64,000 nt of DNA from Ascoidea asiatica JCM 7603. Taxonomy: Eukaryota; Fungi; Ascomycota. Below are positions 23,294 to 33,197 of this stretch, piece by piece. Position 1 is the first letter of the stretch, and the number at the start of each line of letters is the position of its first letter. The translations under genes and the position numbers were made by a program. The notes under the pieces were generated by a model. It made no database searches. It worked only from the letters and a program-made list of their open reading frames with translations, and was not told where the DNA came from. The stretch is from assembly GCA_001600695.1 (NCBI GenBank), contig BCKQ01000003.1:776003-840002 (forward strand), read 5' to 3'.

Positions 23294-25251
23294 TTTTTTA
23301 AGATTTTTCATTGATTTATTTTTTTATTTCAAATATTTCAAATATTTCAAAATAATGAAAAAAAAATATTCTTATTGTAATAATTTATGTAAGAATTAAT
23401 ATAATTGGCAAATAATTATAGCACAAGTACATATCATCCTTGAGTACGTACAATAAATAGTATTAAAGTACCTTAAAAATAAAGAACTTTTTTTTTTTTT
23501 TGTTTATTTCATCACGAAATTTAAGTTTTTTTTTTTTTTTTCTCGACACTGTAATTTTAAAGAAACAATGTATGAAGAATTGAGATCGATAACATGAAAG
23601 TTATAAATTCACATTCATCACCAATTCTACCGAAAATTAAAAAAATTCAAGGATACTGACAAAAAAATAAAAGTGAAAATACGAAAATGTGATTGGTGAA
23701 TAGATAATTTTTTAATTGGTGTAGGGTACACTGCATTCAAGACAGAAATGATTTTTCTGGGTCCGAAGAGATTTCATCATTACCATTACTGATACTATGC
23801 TTGCAAATTATCAACAATTGATTATTAATAACTACATTACCGCAGAATTATTGATATTAAATTTCAGTACTTTTTGCTGGAGAATTATCTCGAGTCAAAT
23901 TTCCAAATATTTACAAGTAGTTGATATTTTTCAATAAATCTTTAGTTTTACATTATTTTATATAGATTGAAAAAAAAAAAAAAAAAATCTCTTGGTACTG
24001 AAACTCGAATCTGAGGGTTTTATAATATTTTTGTAGCTACCAGAGATATGATCAAAGTAAGCATTTTGTCCATAGGCACCGGAGACGGATCCTGTCATCA
24101 AAAACCGCAAATACTTTGCAATGGAAAGCCCTAAAAATAGCTTTACGTAATCACAAGTGGAAAGTAATGTATTGAAACAGGGTAACCATTTTTCATTTAC
24201 TATAAAAGAAGAACGAATCTCTACTTTTTTATTAAATTTATTTCCCTTTTTTTTTCTTTGTCGACGTACTTCAGTAAGTAGCTAACCATATGGTTTAATG
24301 ATTAATAATAATCATAATAATGGAGGGATTTAATCAGTTTAAGGTGTCAGCATTACTAACAAATTCAATAGTAGGATCATTTCTATAGGTCACGTCTCTC
24401 TTTGATTCTTCAAAAGAGCCATCAAATCCAACTTGGATGATGAGATGAAAACCATTGTATCCATTGAATGAGAATTTCAATTAGTTTATCTGTGATCCTT
24501 TGTTGGTCTGGATATCTTGTTTCAATTTGCCTTTCGTTTGTAAAGTTATCCAATTTTTGTTGATATCTTAAGAAAGGAGCAATGATTTCAATCCTTTATT
24601 GCAAACTTTTTCGGAAGGAGTAATTATAGGATGGATAACAATGGCAGTCTGACAAGTTATTTTTTATATTTTATAGTTAAATAAATGCTTCTTTTTTTTA
24701 TATGCAAACTCTAATTTGTAAACTGATTCAAAACTAGTGGTCAAAAAAAAAAAAAGGTCAAGAAATATCTTTGGAATTCTTGTATTGATTCTGCTTATTG
24801 AAAACAAGTGTTGATTTATACTCGGTACTTTAACCATAAGTTCCACCAGTCTGGTTTCAAAGTCGGTCTTGAGTAAACGAATATTTCAATGTGCTTTATT
24901 TCATTCTCAGATTCTCATGCCTCAAAAGTTGCTTCTTCTGCAGCCATTATCACAAAACCCCACCCAGCACTTCAACACTTCAAATGTTCAAATATTAATA
25001 CTCTGAGGTTACAATTACACTTGGGGGAATTGTATCTAGATAGAAAAACATCCATCATGGCAACCTATTTAAGCGCCTTGTTTATACTATTAAATTCTTC
25101 AATTTTATCAGAAAAACGTTGTTATTGAATGATAATCTTTCTATTTTATTTTGTTTTATTACAATTTTAGTTTAAAATTATATTTCAATTCTTCAAATTT
25201 AATATATATTTAGAATTGCACAGGAAGTACAATTTTTTTTTTTTTTCAATT

Positions 25252-26130
25252 ATGGGGGTATTCAATTCATTTCTTATATTGTCTTTATTTTTGTTTCAGT
25301 TAATAAATTCAAAAGAAGTTTTTCCCTGTAATCCACTAACAGGTAAATCTTGTAAACCAAAAAATAAAGCTTTATCATCAACAATATATGAAACTTTTAG
25401 TAAAAAATCAAAAAATTTTGATGTTTTTGCTCCTTATGGTCCAATTAATTTCTCAAAAGATGGTTTAAAATTATCAATAACTAAAAATACTGATTGTCCA
25501 TCTGTGAAATCAAATTTTTATATAATGTATGGCAAAGTAGATGCTATTGTAAAAGCTGCACCTGGAAAAGGTATTATTTCAAGTATATATTTAATGAGTG
25601 ATTCTTTAGATGAAATTGATTATGAATGGATTGGTGCTGACTATGCTAAAAGTTCAGTTCAAACTAATTTTTTTTCAAAAGGTGATACAACAACTTATTC
25701 AAGAGGTGGTACTCATGAAGTACATAATGCTCTAAATACTTTTCATAGATATACTATTGATTGGAACGTTGATAAAATTGATTTTTACATTGATAATAAT
25801 TTGGTTAGAACTATTAAAAATAATACTTCTGATGGTTATCCTCAAACTCCAATGTATGTAATGATAAGTTTATGGATTGCTGGCGATCCACAAAGCAATC
25901 CAGGAACAATAATGTGGTCTGGTGGTCTAGCTGATTTTGTTGGTGCTCCTTATGATATGATTGTTAAACAAATTATAGTTACTGATTATTCTTCTGGTAA
26001 TCATTATGAATATAAAGATCAATCTGGCTCCTGGACTTCAATAAAAACTGAAAATGGAGAAATTAATAATAGAGTTAGAGTTGCGGAAAAAGAATTTAAT
26101 TCTTTCAATCATGGGCATCAATTAACTTAA
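25252..26130 (+). CDS. Secreted GH16 Crh-family chitin transglycosylase lacking the S/T-rich tail and GPI signal
   Basis: First ATG at 25252 gives a signal peptide; CNPL..C, catalytic DEIDYEW, QTNFFSKGDTTTYSRG, YPQTPM. Confidence 0.9.
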   Translation: MGVFNSFLILSLFLFQLINSKEVFPCNPLTGKSCKPKNKALSSTIYETFSKKSKNFDVFAPYGPINFSKDGLKLSITKNTDCPSVKSNFYIMYGKVDAIVKAAPGKGIISSIYLMSDSLDEIDYEWIGADYAKSSVQTNFFSKGDTTTYSRGGTHEVHNALNTFHRYTIDWNVDKIDFYIDNNLVRTIKNNTSDGYPQTPMYVMISLWIAGDPQSNPGTIMWSGGLADFVGAPYDMIVKQIIVTDYSSGNHYEYKDQSGSWTSIKTENGEINNRVRVAEKEFNSFNHGHQLT

Positions 26131-26316
26131 AAATGTTAGTTAACCTAATAATAATAATACAGTAATATTTTAATGTTTAATAAATTGATTGATTTGTGAA
26201 TTGCATACAAAATGAATTTGTTCGTTTAATTCAATAATTGAATTCCAAGTATTATTTTTCAAAATAGCCGGATTATTTTTCAGCTTATAAAAATTTCATC
26301 TAATGCTTCAAAGCGT

Positions 26317-27987
26317 TTATTTTTTGAATAAATATAAAATAAATTTTCCTTGTTTGATTAATTTCAATAATCGTAACTGAATTGTACCTGGGAGTGTTTT
26401 GTTAGCAATAATATCCAAATCAACAGCTTTCTCAAACTCTTCATCACTTTCATTAACTTGAAATCCAATTATATTATTATACGTTTCTTTATCTTCCTTT
26501 TCATTATCTGTTGAATCAATAAGATCTCCAATTATTCCATGTGAATTTGAATTACTATTTATAATTGGATAATTGGCATACATTTGCTTTGAAAAATTAC
26601 GAAATTGAGTAATTTGACGACTATTTGCCATTATAGAATAAGAAATTAATAAACTGAATAAAAAATTTGTTAAATTTTGATTTTTTGATAGTTTTTCAAA
26701 GAATTTGTTCTTAATTTTCATTCTAGATTCTAATTTACCGATATTTTTTCGATTAAATAAGGATGTTAATAATAAAGGTAATATATATGGATTTTTAATA
26801 AATTCAACCGTAAAAGCTCTAATAAAACCATTTAAGGCTGTTAAATTTTTATCAAATGAAGTTAAAAAACCAGCAACAATCGAAGGAACTAATGTTATAA
26901 TTGAATTGAATAATTTTATGTTTTTGGAAGAAAAATTCAATCGCAAAAGGATTTTTGAACCTAATTTTTTATAGATAACATAATAATATGATATTAAATA
27001 ATAAATCAATGCAACACCTAATTTTTTACAAAATTTATTTCTTATTATTCTTGTTAAGGAAAAAATGGATTTAAAATTTCCATTATTCTCTTCTGCATCA
27101 TTTTCAATCACTGGAGGGAGATAGTACTTTTTATAAAAAGTAAAATTTAAGTCTGAAACTAAAGAACTAGTCAATAAACTTCTATACAAATATGACTTTG
27201 GTAAAAAAATCTTATTTGGATAAATTAACATAGACAAAAAAGATGTTAAGAAAATAGATTTGTTTTTATTCGATCTTAATGACATTTTCCTTTTTTCAGA
27301 GGAAACATCATCTAACACAAATCTCATTAATGGATTAATTGAGAACATCATTGATAAAGAAACAGAGAAACGAAATAAAGCATATAAATGATTAACGATA
27401 AACCCATTTTTCTCATTATATAAAAGAGCAACTAATCGTATCAAATAATTGAAAATTTTGTTCAGTTTTGAAGTTTTTTGAAGTAATTTAAACTGCCCCC
27501 TTTTCAAATATATTAGTTTTTTAAAAACTTTTTGAAGTAAAACAAGTAATAATAAACCATTTGAAAAAATAAACAAAAACGTTTTAGTATAACCTTGAAT
27601 TGTTGAGAAAGCAATCTTCTTTAGTTCAGAGGAATTCGAGTCAATTTGGTTCAAGCAAATCGTTATTTCTTCATTCCATTTCTTTAAGCTATTTACATCC
27701 AAATGTTTGCATTTCAAATTAAATTTGGAGATAAGATGAAAAAAAAAGTCAGACAATCTAGAAAATTCATTTTTTGAAAAAAACAAATATAATAAATAAG
27801 AGACCTTGCGAATTTTATTATTATAATGAATATGGGAGTTGAATATTTTTTTTTCTTCTTTCTCTTCTTCTTGCTCCTTGTTTTCATTCAAAATTTTATC
27901 TTTGGGATGGTAAGTAGTAGAAGGTTCATTCATGTCCATCTTTAAAAAAGAATCACTTTGAATAACAGAATCTTCATTCAAATCCAT
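26317..27987 (-). CDS. Uncharacterised multi-pass membrane protein, possibly TMEM135-like
   Basis: 556-aa ORF with several hydrophobic segments flanked by Lys/Arg; no confidently recognised motif. Confidence 0.7.
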   Translation of the reverse strand: MDLNEDSVIQSDSFLKMDMNEPSTTYHPKDKILNENKEQEEEKEEKKIFNSHIHYNNKIRKVSYLLYLFFSKNEFSRLSDFFFHLISKFNLKCKHLDVNSLKKWNEEITICLNQIDSNSSELKKIAFSTIQGYTKTFLFIFSNGLLLLVLLQKVFKKLIYLKRGQFKLLQKTSKLNKIFNYLIRLVALLYNEKNGFIVNHLYALFRFSVSLSMMFSINPLMRFVLDDVSSEKRKMSLRSNKNKSIFLTSFLSMLIYPNKIFLPKSYLYRSLLTSSLVSDLNFTFYKKYYLPPVIENDAEENNGNFKSIFSLTRIIRNKFCKKLGVALIYYLISYYYVIYKKLGSKILLRLNFSSKNIKLFNSIITLVPSIVAGFLTSFDKNLTALNGFIRAFTVEFIKNPYILPLLLTSLFNRKNIGKLESRMKIKNKFFEKLSKNQNLTNFLFSLLISYSIMANSRQITQFRNFSKQMYANYPIINSNSNSHGIIGDLIDSTDNEKEDKETYNNIIGFQVNESDEEFEKAVDLDIIANKTLPGTIQLRLLKLIKQGKFILYLFKK

Positions 27988-29153
27988 ATCATATAATAGT
28001 GATTTTTATTTTTGAACCTTATGAACCCATGAAAACAGTATTCTCATTCCTTACTCCAAGTACTCTTAAATAGATATTTTTTTATGAACTGTTAAGGAAG
28101 CAAATAGTGGATCTGTTTTGAAGATAAAGATACCGTTTTCTGTATTCGGTAAGGTTAACCCACTTAAGTTTAGAAAAATACGTTAATAGCTCATGGATAC
28201 TAGAACAATAGCGCTTCATAAATTCGCATCGAAGGACAGCACTAGGTTCTCCATTCAATTTTATAAAGTATTTTTCCAACTCAGATATAAATTGATAATT
28301 TACTCCAAAACAAAAAAATTGAGAAAGATTTTAATGAAGTCCGAAAAAGTTATTTTTTGGAAGACTTTTCAAGAATGTCGTTTGATGTTGAAGAAGTTAC
28401 ATGATATTGTCAGTATTGTTCTAGCTTTTTTAACTCTCACATTTATCTATTCAATGAAAAAATGAACCTATGGTAAGGAATCTAATTTCTATCATTTTTA
28501 AATTATTTATTAATCAAGCTGTTGTTCGCAGTGGCTTTATCAAATGAAAAGCAGTTTATTTGGATTATCTTTTATCGCTAAAAAAATAAAACTCTCTAGG
28601 GACATTTTGATTATTACTAATTAGTTCAATTCGAAAACATAAATGAAACTTTTAAGACATTTCCCAGAAAAATTAAAAAACACTAAAAAAATTCTCCTTA
28701 TTCTAGAATCCATCAAAAATTGAAATAATTTTTTCAATAGTGATATTTTTCTTCTAGAATTTGGTTTTTTCAAAGAAAAATAGCTACAGAAATATATCAC
28801 ATCAGTAAAAGAGTAGCTTGTTGAACCTAATAATAAAACACCCACTCGTTGAATCAATTGATTAAAGATAAGAACATTGTACAACACTGACAAAAGAAAA
28901 AAAAGAAGTAAACTAAATACTAAAAAGTATATGCACGAAGATTATTTCTTCGTTAAAGATGCAAAAAAAAAATCTGACGAAAAATATTTTAGGGAAACAA
29001 TCAGGTAAACAGATAAAAAATTAAACAAACTATAAAATGTCCAGAGGATTCTTTTAGAAGATGTCCAACAGAAAGAAAAAAGTGGAGGAAAAGAAGGTAA
29101 AATTTAAGAAATTGAAACAGTAGCTGGAAATGAAGTAAATTGATTGTAATTAC

Positions 29154-31034
29154 TTATTTATATAAAAGTTTTTCCACGAAATGTAGACATTTAGTCAACC
29201 AAGTATCTTCTTTCTCTAAAGCTGAAAAATAAGCCTCTTCGATTTCTTCTTCTCGATCAATTTGTAACTTTCCAGTTATAATATCAGCTTCTCTCACTGA
29301 ATGAATTTTTGTTTTATACCAAATTTTATAGATAAAATAAAGGCCAAAAAATACAACAGGAGAAAAATAAGTAGTAAATAAACTCTGAATTGAAAATTTT
29401 CCAGGGAAAAAAATGTAACTACCATTGAAAATCAAGGCAATAATACAAATCGATAATCCTACCCAAGCAATATAAGGTTGTAAGTGAAATGGAGTTTGAT
29501 AATAGTTGTTTCTGTAACCTTGAACTTTCATACTTCTTCTAAAGCAAATATAAGAAACAAAAATTGTTCCATGGACACATAAAACAGAAGAACTAGTTAT
29601 AGATACAAACCAAAAATAAACTTCAGAGGAAGCAGTTGAACAACTAAGAAAGGCTAAACAACTAAAAGCAGCTGTAATTATAACACAGAAAATTGGACAC
29701 CCGTTTTTCAAACACATACAGAATAATCTGGGAATATAGCCAACTAATGAAAGTGAATATAAACATCTTGTACATGAGTAATAAGCAGCATTTCCACAAC
29801 TCCAAACAGAAGTTATTATTACAACGTTAACTAAATCACCAAGTCCTTTAACACCTACATTTTCTATTCCAATAACCCAGGGAGAAGCACCTGCTCCAAT
29901 TTTGGATGTCATGATAGCTTTCAGAAGTTTAGAATCGTTAGAAGCACAAATACAGTTCATGAAAAAGATTCCTCCAATATAAAATAAATAAATTCTGAAA
30001 AAAGCATTCCTTCCAGCAACTGGAATTGATTTTCTTGGTCTTTCAATTTCTCCAGCGATAATTAAGATAAATTCTGGTCCACCACATGCAAAAGCACAAT
30101 AGATGAAAACATTCCAAAACCCCAAAAATCTACCCAAAGAACCTGTTTCAAGATATTCTTTGAATAACCCTCCTTCCTTCCAATGTTGAAATCCATAAGC
30201 ATCATGCTTTGGATTAGCACCACACATACTTAGAAATGAAAATAAAATCAATCCCACAATTAAAAGGATTTTAAACATACAACTAAAGTATTCGATTTCT
30301 CCAAACCAGTTTACTGCAAAAATGTTACAAAACACATACAAACACAAACTTAAAAAAATAAAAGACCATTGTGGAATATTTGCCTGAGGCCAATATTGAA
30401 CTAAACCACCAATTGCAACTAATTCAACACAAACATACATACAAATTGAATAAGCATATATTATCCCAACCGAAAATCCAAGAGCAGGATCAACAAATCT
30501 TCCAGCAAAATGAAAAAAAGAACCTTTTATTGGCAACCAAGCTGCCATTTCAGTAGCACACTGCATAAGTGGCCACATATCTAAAAAGGCAAAAATTAAA
30601 AAAGCTAAGAACAAAGATAGTGAACCATATTTCATTAATGGAACACCAAGGCCAACGAATATTGAAGAACCTATACAAGAACCAATGGTCATTAAACTAA
30701 CGTGTCTGAGATTTAAACCTCTTTTAACCTCACCATATCTACTTGGATCATATCGTTCATCAAAACCAGGGAAATGAACAGTCTGTTTTAACATGGATTC
30801 ATCTCTGAAATATGGATCCTGGCTTTCATTCAGGCCATCTAAATTATATGCTTCTTCAACAGTTCCTGGATTTTTAGGATGGTTATTTAAATCTCTTTGA
30901 AAAAGATTTTCATTTTTAGATAAGCTATCCGAGTTACTATATTGATGAAAACGAATATTATCACTTAAAGACTCAGTTTGATTACGCGAAAGATCTAATT
31001 TATCACTCATTATAACTGATGAAGGGCTGACCAT
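29154..31034 (-). CDS. Amino-acid permease (YAT/APC family, Agp2-like), copy 1
   Basis: RGLNLRHVSLMTIGSCIGS, FGEIE, MCGANPKHDAYGF, GGPE, ASPWVIGI; multi-TM. Confidence 0.93.
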   Translation of the reverse strand: MVSPSSVIMSDKLDLSRNQTESLSDNIRFHQYSNSDSLSKNENLFQRDLNNHPKNPGTVEEAYNLDGLNESQDPYFRDESMLKQTVHFPGFDERYDPSRYGEVKRGLNLRHVSLMTIGSCIGSSIFVGLGVPLMKYGSLSLFLAFLIFAFLDMWPLMQCATEMAAWLPIKGSFFHFAGRFVDPALGFSVGIIYAYSICMYVCVELVAIGGLVQYWPQANIPQWSFIFLSLCLYVFCNIFAVNWFGEIEYFSCMFKILLIVGLILFSFLSMCGANPKHDAYGFQHWKEGGLFKEYLETGSLGRFLGFWNVFIYCAFACGGPEFILIIAGEIERPRKSIPVAGRNAFFRIYLFYIGGIFFMNCICASNDSKLLKAIMTSKIGAGASPWVIGIENVGVKGLGDLVNVVIITSVWSCGNAAYYSCTRCLYSLSLVGYIPRLFCMCLKNGCPIFCVIITAAFSCLAFLSCSTASSEVYFWFVSITSSSVLCVHGTIFVSYICFRRSMKVQGYRNNYYQTPFHLQPYIAWVGLSICIIALIFNGSYIFFPGKFSIQSLFTTYFSPVVFFGLYFIYKIWYKTKIHSVREADIITGKLQIDREEEIEEAYFSALEKEDTWLTKCLHFVEKLLYK

Positions 31035-32361
31035 TATCGGAGTTATAGTAGTAGAAAAAAAAGTCTAAACAAAAAGCAACAAGTAAAAGTGAAAAGTGAA
31101 ATATGAAATTGATAAAAAAAAAAAGCTTTATTATGAAGATGAAGCGTAGTTGATATTATTTTTAATCTAACAGAATTAGAAATTATAAATAATAAAACAA
31201 AATTATATTAGCTACTTTGAATAATAAAGAAAGAAAATAATCAGATAAAAAAAAAATCAATAACGATTAAGCTTTCAAAAAGTATGCCTAAAGAGAAGAT
31301 ATTTATTCAATAAAATCTTAGTTTGCTTGAAATCCTTGACAATGAAATTAAATTTTGCACAAAGTTATCCAATTTTTCTAAATAAATAAATTGAAAGTTG
31401 AGAGAGATTCAGGATGAAAAATTCCAACCTCAGAGTTTTTCAGTATGGTTATATAGTACTTGTGAATACTAGTAATAGAAAGTTACTTAATAATCCAAAG
31501 AAAGCATCTTCATAAATATTTTTTTAGAAAGTTATCTATGGTGTGAAAGCATAAGAAAATCAACATTTAGTTTATTGTTTGATATTCATAATTATTTTTC
31601 AAGTGATATTTTTAAGGAGTGAATAAGGGTTGTTAATCTGAAAATTCCCCCATAACATAAAGAATAAGTAATTCTAAGTATTACTTTGTTTCAAACCTGA
31701 TCTTAGAACCCGAATTTGAAATTAAATTTACTAATTTGTATCTAATTACCAAGATTACCAAAGGACCAAGGATTACTGACTGTGCTTTTTCCTGATCAAA
31801 TGAGAACAATTATTCATTAGCCAGAACCGATTATTTTCAAATCGAATTATTGTAATGGTTCAAGAAAAAATTTAGAGCGTGTTGAAAATTACAGTTGCAG
31901 GCCAGTATGAAAAGTACGGTTCTGGTAACATACTTACCACTATTTTGTTCCTCGGATCACTGTCCCAAATTTTTATAGTGTTTAGCTGAATAAAACAGCA
32001 AAATGCTGTATTCTTCTGCTTTATAGTTCCACGATCGGCATTTGACAATTTCCCATTTTGGAAACACCCGCTTACGTGTGCGTAAGTTGATAATTAACTT
32101 CTTACGGCAAGAAAAATAAAGGACGCATAAAACAATATTTTAGGATCTCTCCATCCCTTAATATTGTAGTATTTCAAGTTGTTGCTGATAAAAGATATAT
32201 TTTTGAAAGATTGATGTACTATTTAACACTTCAATTTTCAAAAACTTGAATTTTTATTAGGATATGCTAGATATTTCGAAATTGTTTTTATTGAAATTTT
32301 CAGATAAAGTTTTCCTCTTAGGTGTGTGAATATACAATATTTCTGCTTTTAAGAATCCCAA

Positions 32362-32430
32362 GGTGCGACATATATAATGTCTCTATCTCATTTAACCGGT
32401 GGTACGACATTTTAAATGTCTCTCTACCAC
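32362..32430. repeat. Two direct repeats 39 bp apart, each with palindromic core GACA-N7-TGTC
   Basis: GGTGCGACATATATAATGTCTCTATCTCA and GGTACGACATTTTAAATGTCTCTCTACCA. Confidence 0.75.
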
Positions 32431-33197
32431 AAACTTTAATCAATGATAAATATTAGCAATACATGATAAAAATTAAATAAGATTCGAAAATTCTGTTCAC
32501 CGGGTTAATTTTTGAGATTTTTAAAGATAATATTAAATCAGGTTGATTGGAAAAAAAATAATAAACTATTATCATTGAGTTTCGAATAAGTTTTCAGCAG
32601 TTTTAGGTGGAAAATCAATTTATAATTTACATACTCATTACTACTCAAACAATATTGAAAAATAATATTTTACTAAATATTTAATTTCAGTCAATTAATA
32701 GTTGAAATTTGTCAGGTTTTTTTTTCTAATCATTTCAAAACAATGTTTTTTTTTAGTTTAAAATAAAATTATATATTTTTGAATTATTTTCGCATAGAAT
32801 GTTAGAACAAAAATTGAAGAAAAGCTATTGCTAACTGGAATTTTTATAACTCAGAAACCCATATTCCAGAGAAATAAATTCTTCTGGAAACTATTCATAG
32901 CCTTTTCTTTCAAAAATTTTGATGATACTAAAAAACTATTTTTTATCAAGAATAATAAAATATTTATTTGTGACTTATTTTCAGAAATATAAAAATGATT
33001 CTCCGAACTTTGAAGGAAAATCTGCTAAGATCCAGCTAAAATAAACTTAAATGATCTATATTATAAAGAAAATTGAAAAATATAAAAAATTAGGGAGAAT
33101 TTAAATAAGGAAAAGTAAGGTAAAAATAAATAAATGCACAAATAAATAAAGGAAATTAGAACTGAAACTATAATTACTTGGATAAAATTAGGTATTT

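Noticed and set aside
31930-31945. ATACTTACC resembling the U1 snRNA 5' end
   Set aside because: Next base is A rather than T, and no U1 stem-loops or Sm site were recognisable
32362-32430. CRISPR-like repeat-spacer
   Set aside because: Eukaryotic DNA, only two imperfect units, 10-nt spacer, no cas genes
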